A stretch of DNA of 64,000 nucleotides from Candidatus Rubrivivax defluviihabitans (GTDB lineage Bacteria; Pseudomonadota; Gammaproteobacteria; Burkholderiales; Burkholderiaceae_C). Under the pieces are notes generated by a model. The model saw nothing but the letters and a program-made list of their open reading frames with translations. It was not told the DNA's origin and made no database searches. The position numbers and the translations under genes were made by a program. Positions within the stretch are counted from its first letter, which is position 1, and every line of letters starts with the position of its first letter. Below, in pieces: positions 46,885-55,837 of this stretch. The DNA lies in contig JADJMW010000007.1 of the NCBI GenBank assembly GCA_016709385.1, forward strand, positions 67,744-131,743, in the 5' to 3' direction.

Positions 46885-47844
46885 TCAGTCTTGCACCACG
46901 GCCTGCCTGACGAGCGTGGGCAGATCGTCGTCGCGGTGGAAGCCGGCGGCATCGGCTGCGGCCGTCGCCAGCTGCGGAAAGCGGCCGAACAGCGATTCGA
47001 TCCGCTCCTGCGGCGCGTAGCTCACGCGGTCCCGCACGCCCGTCCCGTGCACCGACGCGATGGCGTCCACGAGCTGCGTCATCGAAAAGTGCAAGGTCGG
47101 CAGCGTGAAGCTGCGGCCTGCGACCAGCGACGCCGCTGGCAAGGTCGCGGCATGCAGAAGATTCTCCAACACGCAGGGCAAGGACGACGCCCAGGTGGTC
47201 GCCGCCGGCGACATGGGGCAGGTGAATGCCCGCCCGGCCGCCAGTTCGCGAACCATGTCGCTCAGGAACGCCGAGAGCTGCCCCGTGCGTGCCGGCGGCC
47301 GCGCCAGCACGCCGGGGATGCGCAGCGAACGCCCGTCGATCCAGCCATGGCGGCTGAAGTCCGCCACCAAGATCTCGCCGACGAGCTTGTGCGCGCCATA
47401 GGTCAGCAGCGGCCGCAGCGGCGTGTCGTCGTCGACAGGCCCGGTCATCGCGCCGAAGACCGCGATCGTGCTGGCGAAGACGAACACCGGCGCGCGTCCG
47501 CCAGCCTCGACCTGTTTCTTGCCGGCTTCCAGCAGCACCAGCGTCGCGTCCAGGTTGACGCGGCGTGCGAGTTCGTACTGCTGTTCGGCCAAACCACCGG
47601 GAATGCTGGCGAGGTGGAAGATCAGGTCGACAGGCAATTCGGCCAGCGTGTGCCGCAGCCAGGGTGCGTCGGCAAGGTCGCCCGCAACGGGATGCACGAA
47701 CGGCGCCACCGGCGGGTCGTCCAGGGTCAGGTCGAGCAGCGAGAGCCGGGTGAGTGGTGCACCGCCGAGCCGCGCCTGCCGGCACAGGCGCCGGGACAGC
47801 GCGCGCCCGATGAAGCCGTTGGCGCCGGTGATCAGAACGTGCAT
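46885..47844 (-). CDS. NAD-dependent epimerase/dehydratase-family protein
   Basis: The internal ATG (47844) gives MHVLITGANGFIGRALSRRL... with YGAHK (the YxxxK motif). Confidence 0.85.
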   Translation of the reverse strand: MHVLITGANGFIGRALSRRLCRQARLGGAPLTRLSLLDLTLDDPPVAPFVHPVAGDLADAPWLRHTLAELPVDLIFHLASIPGGLAEQQYELARRVNLDATLVLLEAGKKQVEAGGRAPVFVFASTIAVFGAMTGPVDDDTPLRPLLTYGAHKLVGEILVADFSRHGWIDGRSLRIPGVLARPPARTGQLSAFLSDMVRELAAGRAFTCPMSPAATTWASSLPCVLENLLHAATLPAASLVAGRSFTLPTLHFSMTQLVDAIASVHGTGVRDRVSYAPQERIESLFGRFPQLATAAADAAGFHRDDDLPTLVRQAVVQD

Positions 47845-47858
47845 GCCGCCGTCCTGCG

Positions 47859-48842
47859 TCACGATGCCGATACGACGCGCTGGTCGATGACTCCGAACGG
47901 CCCGTCGCGCCCGTCGTCGAAGCGCGCCTGCATGCGCACGCGGTCGCCGAAGCGCATGAACGCGGTGCGGATCTCGCCCTGGTCGATCTTCTCGATCACG
48001 CGGCGTTCGGCGATGCAGGCCGAGCCGGCGCCGCGCGAGACATTGGAAACCGTTCCCGAGCCGACGATGCTGCCCGCCGCGAGCCGGCGCGTACGCGCCG
48101 CATGCGCCACCAACTGGCCGAACGAGAAATTCATCTCGCCGCCGTGCGGCTCGCCGAAGCGCTCGCCGTTCCATTGCAGGTGCAGCCGCATCTGCACGCG
48201 GCCGTCGCGCCAGGCCGCGCCCAGTTCGTCCGGCGTCACCGCCACCGGCGCAAAGGCGGTGGACGGCTTGGCCTGCAGGAAGCCGAAGCCGGTCTTCATC
48301 TCGTGCGGGCCCAGGGCGCGCAGGCTCCAGTCGTTGATCTGCACGACCAGCCGCACGCAGCGCAACGCGGCTTCGGGCGACACCGCCATCGGCACCGGGC
48401 CGCAGACCACGCCGAACTCGCCTTCGAAGTCGATGCCGTCGGCTTCGCTGGGCAGCGGCACGTCGTCTTGCGGGCCCAGGAAATCGTCGCTGGCACCCTG
48501 GTACATCACCGGCACGGTGTCGAAGTGCGGGATCGGCGGCGTGTTGAACGCCTGCTCCATCAGCCGGCCGTGGTTGAGGAAGGCCGAGCCGTCCAGCCAC
48601 TGCGGGGCGCGCGGCAGCGGTGCGGCGCAGGCCTTGGGATCGAAGGGCTGCGCCTCGCCGCAACGACCGTCGTTCAAGACATCAGAGAGGCGCCGCAGGG
48701 CCGCTTCGCATTCGTCCCAATGTTGCAGGGCATGGATCAGACTGGGTGCGATCGCGCCAGCTTGCACGGCACGCTGCAGGTCGTTCGAGACGACGAGCAG
48801 GCGCCCATCCAGGCTGCCATCGCGCAGGGTGGCCAGTTTCAT
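47859..48842 (-). CDS. fumarylacetoacetate hydrolase-family protein
   Basis: MKLATLRDGSLDGRLLVVSNDLQRAV..., DFEGEFGVV, VGSGTVSN. Confidence 0.85.
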   Translation of the reverse strand: MKLATLRDGSLDGRLLVVSNDLQRAVQAGAIAPSLIHALQHWDECEAALRRLSDVLNDGRCGEAQPFDPKACAAPLPRAPQWLDGSAFLNHGRLMEQAFNTPPIPHFDTVPVMYQGASDDFLGPQDDVPLPSEADGIDFEGEFGVVCGPVPMAVSPEAALRCVRLVVQINDWSLRALGPHEMKTGFGFLQAKPSTAFAPVAVTPDELGAAWRDGRVQMRLHLQWNGERFGEPHGGEMNFSFGQLVAHAARTRRLAAGSIVGSGTVSNVSRGAGSACIAERRVIEKIDQGEIRTAFMRFGDRVRMQARFDDGRDGPFGVIDQRVVSAS

Positions 48843-48913
48843 GGCAATTCCTTCGAGAGTGGGTTGTCCGCAGCTTGAAAATCACCTTCGCGGCGCATCG
48901 AAGCCGGAGCGGA

Positions 48914-49492
48914 TCAGCGTGCCGCCAGCGCCTGCGCGATGGCCGGGTCGTAGCGGCCGTCGACCAGGACGAACAGCATGCGGCAGGGCCGGCCCGAGCG
49001 GTTGGCCCACGCATGGTTGGTGCCGCGCTGCACGACGACGCTGCCGGGCTTGAGTTGCACCTCGCTGTCGTCGAGCACCAGCGTCAGCTCGCCTTCGATG
49101 ACGATGCCGTAGTCCACCGATTCGGTGCGGTGCATCAGTGGGTGCGGCGAATCGGCCTTGACGGTCGAGGCCGCGACGTCGCCGATCTGCGTGAACGCTT
49201 CCTTCATCTTCCCGGCGCCATGGGTCATCAGGTCCGCGCTGTCCGGCGGGATGTCGACGAAGCGGATGCGCGTGCCCTGATTCGGCGGCGGCAGCATCAG
49301 CGGGCCGAGCGTGGGGTCTGCGCCGTTGTCGACAGGCACCGGCATCCCTGCAGTGCTCCAGACTTCGTGGAAGACGGTGCCGGGGATGGCGGCGATCTCG
49401 ACCACCGTGGGCAGGGGCCCTTGGCTGGCGACGATGGCCTTGCCGTCGGCATCATGCCGTGTGACGACGCGGTGGATCGGGCGCGGGTTCAT
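48914..49492 (-). CDS. cupin-domain protein
   Basis: The internal ATG (49492) gives MNPRPIHRVVTRHDADGKAIVASQG...HRTESVDYGIVIEGELTLVLDD...VVQRGTNHAWAN. Confidence 0.75.
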   Translation of the reverse strand: MNPRPIHRVVTRHDADGKAIVASQGPLPTVVEIAAIPGTVFHEVWSTAGMPVPVDNGADPTLGPLMLPPPNQGTRIRFVDIPPDSADLMTHGAGKMKEAFTQIGDVAASTVKADSPHPLMHRTESVDYGIVIEGELTLVLDDSEVQLKPGSVVVQRGTNHAWANRSGRPCRMLFVLVDGRYDPAIAQALAAR

Positions 49493-49559
49493 CGACGGTC
49501 TCCTGGTGGTGGTGGCGATCGCCGGTCGACGCGGTGCCCCCGCAGCATGGCCCGCACCC

Positions 49560-51395
49560 TCATCGCCCGCTGTAGATCCGGCGGTGCTCGACCAGGCCGG
49601 TGCGCCGGGCATAGTCGGCGCGCGCCTTCAGCAGGTCGGCCAGCAACTCGGGGTGCTGCGTTGACAAGTCCTGCCGCTCGCCGCGATCGACGCTGAGGTC
49701 GAACAACTGCCAGGGCGTCTGCTCGCGCAGCACCGGGGTCGCGGCGTAGCTCGCGGTCTGGCTGGCTTTCCAGCGGCCTTTGACGACGTAGCTCGAACCC
49801 ATGAGCTCGTCGGCCAGCACGTGATCGGCCGCGTGCACCGCCACGAAGGCATCGGGGCGTCGCAGTGCCTGCCAGAACGACACGCCCTCGATGGGGTGAA
49901 CCACTCGTCCGCGGAAGCGGCTGCCGGGGTCGGCCACGCCGGAGGCCTCGAGCACCGTGGGCAGCACGTCGGTGACCTGCATGCGCGCATGGCTCGTCGG
50001 CAGCGCCTGCCTTTGACCCGGCAGCTTGACGATCAGCGGCGCGGCCGTACCGCCTTCCGCACCCGTGAAACCCTTCACCAGCCTGAAAGGCGCGGCGCTG
50101 ACTTCGGCCCAGCGCGGGCCGTAGGCAGCCACGGAACCGGGGTGTCCGAGCCTGTCCAGCCGGTCATCGACTGCGGTGCCGGGCACCGGCGGCGCAAACG
50201 CCGGGGCACCCTCGGCGCCGTTGTCGGACATGAAGACGATCAGGGTGCGGTCGTACTCACCGATTCGCTTCAGGTGGTCCACCAGTCGACCGACGTGCCG
50301 ATCCAGGTTGCCGACCATCGCGGCATAGATCTCCATCAGCCGTGCCTCGCGTGCGCGTTCCACGTCGGTCAGCTCGGCCCAGCGCCTGGGGCCCGTGCCC
50401 CCCTCGCCCGGCCCGGCGACGCCCGGGTGCGGCTGCATGGCCTGCGGTATCAGACCCAGCTGCTTCATGCGCTCGATGCGCCGCAACCGGATCGTTTCGT
50501 AGCCGGCGTCGTAGCGGCCCTTCTGGGCTTCGATGTCGGCCACGGGGGCCTGCAGCGGCCAGTGCGGCGCGGTATAGGCCGCATAGGCGAAGAAGGGTTT
50601 GCCGCTGCCCCGGTTGGCATCGATCCACGCGATCAGCTTGTCGGTGAAGGCGGCCGTGGAGAAGAAGTCCTTCGGCAACTGCGCGGCCGGAAAGACGCGG
50701 GCATCCTCGGCATAGGTGGTCAGATCCAGCGGTGTGGGTGGCGTGCTCGGCGCGAAGTGCGACCCGCCGCCATTGACCAGCGCAAACGAGCGCTCGAAGC
50801 CACGCGCATGGGGCAGCGCATCGGGCTTGACCCGGAAAGACGCCCGCACTTTCTCGTCCGGGGCGGCCACCTGGTAGGCCAGGTGCCATTTGCCCACCAT
50901 CATCGTGTGGTGGCCGCCATCGCGCAGCAGCTCGGCCATCGACAGCGCGTCCGGGCTCAGGTGGCCCTGGTAGCCGGGTGGAATGCGGTCGAAGCCATAG
51001 CTGTTGGCGCCACCCCAGGGTGCGTTGATCGCCTGGTTCTGCGCGATATTCATGCCCACGACTTCGGCCATGTTGCCGATGCCGGCCAGGTGGTGGTCGG
51101 CGCCGGACATCAGCCTCGCTCGGGTGGGCGAGCACACCGCCGCCGTGTGGAAGTTGGTCAGGATGCGCCCGCTGGCCGCCAAGGCGTCGATGTGGGGGGT
51201 GGCGATCTCGCCACCCAAGGCCCCGAGGTCGGAATAGCCCAGGTCATCGGCGACGATCACCAGGATGTTCGGGCGCGCGGGTGCCGCGGGTGCCGCGGGT
51301 GCGGCCGTCTTCGCGATCTCGGGCGTGCCGCAGGCGCCGAACAGGACGCTGGCCGCGATGGCACCCAGCCATTGGATCGCTCGGATCGGCTTCAT
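49560..51395 (-). CDS. arylsulfatase (Cys-type), lipoprotein signal
   Basis: MKPIRAIQWLGAIAASVLFGACG..., NILVIVADDLGYSDLG, and the formylglycine motif CSPTRARLMSG. Confidence 0.9.
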   Translation of the reverse strand: MKPIRAIQWLGAIAASVLFGACGTPEIAKTAAPAAPAAPARPNILVIVADDLGYSDLGALGGEIATPHIDALAASGRILTNFHTAAVCSPTRARLMSGADHHLAGIGNMAEVVGMNIAQNQAINAPWGGANSYGFDRIPPGYQGHLSPDALSMAELLRDGGHHTMMVGKWHLAYQVAAPDEKVRASFRVKPDALPHARGFERSFALVNGGGSHFAPSTPPTPLDLTTYAEDARVFPAAQLPKDFFSTAAFTDKLIAWIDANRGSGKPFFAYAAYTAPHWPLQAPVADIEAQKGRYDAGYETIRLRRIERMKQLGLIPQAMQPHPGVAGPGEGGTGPRRWAELTDVERAREARLMEIYAAMVGNLDRHVGRLVDHLKRIGEYDRTLIVFMSDNGAEGAPAFAPPVPGTAVDDRLDRLGHPGSVAAYGPRWAEVSAAPFRLVKGFTGAEGGTAAPLIVKLPGQRQALPTSHARMQVTDVLPTVLEASGVADPGSRFRGRVVHPIEGVSFWQALRRPDAFVAVHAADHVLADELMGSSYVVKGRWKASQTASYAATPVLREQTPWQLFDLSVDRGERQDLSTQHPELLADLLKARADYARRTGLVEHRRIYSGR

Positions 51396-52225
51396 GCGTC
51401 CTCCAGGATGGCGACCGCGCGCGTCCAGCCTGCGGAAGCGCCGCGGATCTTGTGCGGGAAGCAGCTGATGGTGAAGCCGTGCGACGGCAGCGCCTCCAGG
51501 TTGTGCAGCTTCTCCAGGTGGCAGTAGCCGATGTCGCGCCCGGCCTTGTGGCCTTCCCAGATCAGCGCCTTGTTGCCGGTCTCGGCCACCTTCTTCGCGG
51601 TGTACGAGAACGGCGCGTCCCAGCTCCAGGCATCGGTGCCGGTGAGGCGCACGCCGCGCTCCAGCAGGTACATCGTGGCTTCGTAGCCCATGCCGCAGCC
51701 GGCGCCCACGTAGTCGTCGTGGCCGTAGCGCGAACCAGCGCGTGTATTGACGACCACGATGTCCAGCGGCTGCAGTTCCCAGCCGATGCGGTCGAGCTCG
51801 GCGGCCACGTCGGCCGCGCTGGCCACGTAGCCGTCGGGGAAGTGCCGGAAGTCCAGCTTCACGCCGCTCTGGAAGCACCATTCGAGCGGCACCTGGTCGA
51901 TGGTGATCGACGGCCGCGCGCCGCCCAGCTTGGCGTCCTGCGTGGAATGGAAATGCCAGGGCGCGTCTAGGTGGGTGCCGTTGTGCGTGGTCAGCGTCAC
52001 CCACTCGGCGGCGGCGGCCTCGCCGTCGGGATAGTCCTCGGGCTTCGTGCCGGGGATCATGGCCATGAATTCGGGCAGCGTATCGGCGTGCTTCTGGTAG
52101 GTGATCCTGGGCGCCAGCGGCGGCGGGTCCGACAGCACGTCGTTCTCGAGGTAGATCGAGAGGTCGACGAAGCGAAGTTGCGGGCGCTGCGGGCGCGAAC
52201 GGTGTTGCGGACGTTGGGGACTCAT
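51392..52225 (-). CDS. cyclase-family protein (kynurenine formamidase / isatin hydrolase-type fold)
   Basis: The internal ATG (52225) gives MSPQRPQHRSRPQRPQLRFVDLS... The metal motif HNGTHLDAPWH is present. It overlaps the sulfatase start by 4 bp. Confidence 0.85.
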   Translation of the reverse strand: MSPQRPQHRSRPQRPQLRFVDLSIYLENDVLSDPPPLAPRITYQKHADTLPEFMAMIPGTKPEDYPDGEAAAAEWVTLTTHNGTHLDAPWHFHSTQDAKLGGARPSITIDQVPLEWCFQSGVKLDFRHFPDGYVASAADVAAELDRIGWELQPLDIVVVNTRAGSRYGHDDYVGAGCGMGYEATMYLLERGVRLTGTDAWSWDAPFSYTAKKVAETGNKALIWEGHKAGRDIGYCHLEKLHNLEALPSHGFTISCFPHKIRGASAGWTRAVAILEDA

Positions 52226-53388
52226 GCCAGGACCTCCGGCCGCGCTGCGGCCCTTGACGACGGTATGCGCGAAAAGCAGAACACGGCCACCGCGCCGATG
52301 GCCAGCGCGGCGGCGCCCAGGCTGCCGTAGCCCAGCGCCTTGACCAGCGTGCCGCCGAGAATGGGGCCGATGGCCGCGCCGATCATCAGCATGGCGGGCG
52401 TGGCCGCCATGGCGCGGCCGCTCAGGTCCAGCCGGGCGAGCAGGCCGAAAGCGAAGGTGTGGGTGAAGATCATCACCGCCGCGAAGACCGAGGCCGCCAC
52501 CGCATAGGGTGCGAAGGCCGGCGAATTCATGATCACCGCCACCAGCAGCGCCTGCACCACCGGCCCGGTCATCATCACCGTGCGCGCCGGCCAGCGTTTC
52601 TCGAGCCAGGCCGCCAGCGCGGCCGGAAACAGGTTGACGATGCCCAGCGCGATGAGCACGCCGGTGACCGCCGCCAGCCCGAAGCCGCGGTCGCTGCCCA
52701 CGCGCTCCAGGAAGCTGAAGGTCATGGCCTGCACCAGACCCATGCAACCGATGCCGACGATGCCGAACCACACGGCGCGCGGGATGCGCCCCGGCGGCGC
52801 GCCCGGCGATCGTGAGGCCTGCGCTGCAGCCGGCCTGTCGGCCACCGGGAAGGCCAGCGCCGCGACCAGCGCAGCGACGGCCATCACGCCGGCGAAGACC
52901 TGGAACAGGACCGGCCCGCCCAGGGCCGCCACGAGCGGCGGCGTGGCACCCAGAAAGACGATCGCGAAGACACCGAGCGCGATGCCCACCAGCGCGAACA
53001 GCCGGTGCGGCCGGGCACTGCGTGCGATGGTGCCGTGCGTCACGCTCAGGGCCGCGCCTGCGGCCACGCCGGACACGACATGCAGCGCGGCCAGCATGCC
53101 GAACTCGGCGCTGGTCGACGCGAGGCCGAAGCCCAGCGCCGCGCCGCCGAAACCCAGCGTGGCCACCAGGCGCCCGTGCAGGCGGTTGAAGCGCGGTGCC
53201 AGCGTCAGGCTCGCGAGCACCGCGCCGGCCAGGAACAGCGTCGCCAGCAACCCGGCCTGCTGGGGGTCGAAGCGGTAGTGCGCGATCAGCGTGCCCACCC
53301 AGACCGGCAGCGCGACGAGGTCGACCATGCCGGCGCAATGCCCCACCATCAGCGCGATGTGGCCGCGAACCGAATCCGTGCGTGTCAT
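52222..53388 (-). CDS. MFS transporter
   Basis: 388-aa polytopic, hydrophobic protein with a roughly 12-TM appearance. It overlaps the cyclase start by 4 bp. Confidence 0.85.
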   Translation of the reverse strand: MTRTDSVRGHIALMVGHCAGMVDLVALPVWVGTLIAHYRFDPQQAGLLATLFLAGAVLASLTLAPRFNRLHGRLVATLGFGGAALGFGLASTSAEFGMLAALHVVSGVAAGAALSVTHGTIARSARPHRLFALVGIALGVFAIVFLGATPPLVAALGGPVLFQVFAGVMAVAALVAALAFPVADRPAAAQASRSPGAPPGRIPRAVWFGIVGIGCMGLVQAMTFSFLERVGSDRGFGLAAVTGVLIALGIVNLFPAALAAWLEKRWPARTVMMTGPVVQALLVAVIMNSPAFAPYAVAASVFAAVMIFTHTFAFGLLARLDLSGRAMAATPAMLMIGAAIGPILGGTLVKALGYGSLGAAALAIGAVAVFCFSRIPSSRAAARPEVLA

Positions 53389-53401
53389 GCGCGGCCTCGT
53401 C

Positions 53402-54532
53402 TCAGATGGCTTGCGCCAGCGCCATCAGCGACTCGCGCATGATGCGGGCGTGTTCTTCCTTGTCGCCGCCGGCGATCTCGATCTCGCCCAGGCGCGCCGA
53501 GTTCTGCACCACCATGCGGCAGCGTTCCCAGCGCCGTTGTTCGAAGGCGGCCAGTGCCGTCGCGACATCAGGGGTGCGGCCCAGTTCCTCGGCCAGCACC
53601 AGCGCGTCCTCGATGCCGATGCAGGCCCCCGAAGCCAGGTGCGGCGTGGTGGCGTGCACGGTGTCGCCGATGAGCACCACGCGGCCGCGCGACCAGGGGC
53701 GCGGCATCAGCAGGCCCTCCAGCGGCCGGAAGACGATCTGCGAGTCGGACCCGATCTGCTCGCGGATCGCGCGCAGCGTCGGCGCCGGAAAGTCGTCGAG
53801 CAGCGCGCGCAGGTGCGACGCGAAAGTCGCCGGGTCCACATGCTCGTTGCTCGGCCGCGGTTCGGTGACGAAGAGGTACATCTCGGTCTTCGACACCGGA
53901 TTCACGCCGGGTTTGACGCGCGGCCCCATCCACATCGTCGCGGTCTGGATTTCCGGCGGCCGCGGCAGCACCGCGCGCCACACCGCCTGGCCGCTGTAGC
54001 GCGGCCGGGGTGCGCCGGGGAACAGTGCTTCGCGCACCTTGGAGTACAGCCCATCGGCAGCGATCACGAGCGCGTAGCGCCGGCGCTGGCCGTCGGTGAA
54101 GCTCACCTCGACGCCCTCGGCGTCGGGCTCGATGGCGGTGAAGGTGCAGCCCAGCCGCACGTCGGCCCCCGCGGCCAGGGTGGCGTCGGCCAGGATGCGC
54201 GCCAGCACCGGCCGCATGATGGCGCCGCCGCCGGGCACGTCGGGGCCGGCGATGCGCGGCGTCGGCAGCTCGGCCACCTTGGGGCCGTGCGGCGCGCAGA
54301 GGTGCACGCCGTCGCTGGCGCTGCCCTGCTGCAGGAAGGCATCGAGGATGCCCAGGGTGCGAAAGGCGCGCAGCGTCGCGCCGCCCAGGCTGATGCCGGC
54401 GCCGTAGCTGCGCCAGCCCGGGTCGATTTCGACCAGATCGACGTCGGCGCCCTGCCGGCGCAGCTGGATGGCCGCGGACATGCCGGAAAAGCCGCCGCCG
54501 ATGACGAGGATGCGGGGTGCTGCCGTGGTCAT
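53402..54532 (-). CDS. FAD-dependent aromatic-ring monooxygenase
   Basis: The internal ATG (54532) gives MTTAAPRILVIGGGFSGMSAAIQLRRQGADVDLVE... It also has ADGLYSKVR and VLIGDTVHATTPHLASGACIGIEDA. Confidence 0.85.
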   Translation of the reverse strand: MTTAAPRILVIGGGFSGMSAAIQLRRQGADVDLVEIDPGWRSYGAGISLGGATLRAFRTLGILDAFLQQGSASDGVHLCAPHGPKVAELPTPRIAGPDVPGGGAIMRPVLARILADATLAAGADVRLGCTFTAIEPDAEGVEVSFTDGQRRRYALVIAADGLYSKVREALFPGAPRPRYSGQAVWRAVLPRPPEIQTATMWMGPRVKPGVNPVSKTEMYLFVTEPRPSNEHVDPATFASHLRALLDDFPAPTLRAIREQIGSDSQIVFRPLEGLLMPRPWSRGRVVLIGDTVHATTPHLASGACIGIEDALVLAEELGRTPDVATALAAFEQRRWERCRMVVQNSARLGEIEIAGGDKEEHARIMRESLMALAQAI

Positions 54533-54882
54533 GCGCAAGTCTCCTGGAATGTGTCGGCAAGGTGGACCTCGCCGTTGTCGTGCACGATCAGCGGCACCGG
54601 CGTCAGGGCCTCGCCCAGGCAAGGCCCCAGCGTGCAGCGGCCGCTGGTTATCTCGAACAACGCGCCATGGGCGCTGCAGACGATGCGGTCGCCCGCCGCA
54701 TTGAGATAGGCGTCCTTGCGCCAGGCCATCGGTGTGCCGTGGTGCGGGCAGGCATCGGCATAGGCGAACAGCCGCTCGCCTTGGCGCACCACCAGTAGCG
54801 TGTCCTGCCCGGTGTTTTGCGGGTCGAAACCCCGCGCCGCCCCTTCGGCCAGGTCGTTCAGACGGCACAGTCGCACGGCCAT
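54529..54882 (-). CDS. Rieske [2Fe-2S] domain protein (ferredoxin-like)
   Basis: The internal ATG (54882) gives MAVRLCRLNDLAEGAARGF... with CPHHG...CSAHGALF. It overlaps the monooxygenase start by 4 bp. Confidence 0.8.
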   Translation of the reverse strand: MAVRLCRLNDLAEGAARGFDPQNTGQDTLLVVRQGERLFAYADACPHHGTPMAWRKDAYLNAAGDRIVCSAHGALFEITSGRCTLGPCLGEALTPVPLIVHDNGEVHLADTFQETCA

Positions 54883-54886
54883 GCCC

Positions 54887-55816
54887 TCAGCGCGGCGCGC
54901 CAGCCGGCGGCGGGCCCGAGGGCGCCCACTTCTCGCGGTACTGGAACAGGAACAGCTGCGACGCATCAGCGCCCATCGGCGCATCACGCGGCGCCCAGCT
55001 GTCGTCGTGCAGGTCCATGTCGGCGTCGTATTCGACGTGGCAGCCCAGGGGCGAGTTGAAATACCAGAACCAGTTGCTGCCGAACTTGTGCCGGCCCGGG
55101 CCCCAGAAGCTCTGGTAGCCCTTCTCGACGAAACGCGTGCCGGCCAGCAGCACCTCGGTGGGCCCGCCCATGTGGAAGGTGAAGTGCTCGCAGCCCTTCA
55201 TGAACGGTGGCGTCTGGATCATGAAGAGGGTGTGATGGTCCATCGTCCCGGCCGGGCGCAGGAAAGGCCCGACGCCGGTGAAGCGGTCGGTGCAGACGAA
55301 GCCCAGGCGCGTGTAGAACGCCTCGGCCTTGGCCGCATCGGGCACGAAATAGACCACGTGCGACAGCGAGCGCGGCCGCGCCGGCATGTCGGGCCACAGA
55401 CCCAGCGCATTCGGCTCGCGCTGCGGCTCGGCACCGGGTGCATTGACGCGTTCGCCCGGCAGCGAAAGCGGCCGCCGCACGCTGACCTGGAAGGCGAGCG
55501 CGAAGCCCATGTCGTCGGCGCAGCGCACGACACCGTCGCGGCGCGTGACCTCGCGATCGCGCTTCAGTTCGGCCTCGATGGCGTCGAGCGTGGCGGTATC
55601 GGCCACGCCGTAGACCGTCTCGCGCAGCAGGCTGGCGGTGCCCAGGCCGGGCGGCAGCGCCGGGTCGCCGGCTTGGCGGATGACGACCGCGGTGCCGTCC
55701 AGCGCCTCGAAGCGGCCGTTGCCGGCGTCGTGCAGGCCGTAGTCGATGAGGTACTGGCGGCAGGCCACCAAGTCGTCGACGCCGAAGACCAGTGCGTCGG
55801 GTCCGATGATGTTCAT
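54887..55816 (-). CDS. two-domain VOC-superfamily protein (extradiol dioxygenase-like)
   Basis: 309 aa: MNIIGPDALVFGVDDL... and SLSHVVYFVPDAAKAEAFYTRLGF...DHHTLFM...CEHFTFH. Confidence 0.8.
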   Translation of the reverse strand: MNIIGPDALVFGVDDLVACRQYLIDYGLHDAGNGRFEALDGTAVVIRQAGDPALPPGLGTASLLRETVYGVADTATLDAIEAELKRDREVTRRDGVVRCADDMGFALAFQVSVRRPLSLPGERVNAPGAEPQREPNALGLWPDMPARPRSLSHVVYFVPDAAKAEAFYTRLGFVCTDRFTGVGPFLRPAGTMDHHTLFMIQTPPFMKGCEHFTFHMGGPTEVLLAGTRFVEKGYQSFWGPGRHKFGSNWFWYFNSPLGCHVEYDADMDLHDDSWAPRDAPMGADASQLFLFQYREKWAPSGPPPAGAPR

Positions 55817-55837
55817 GTTCTCAATCCTCCTTGGGTT

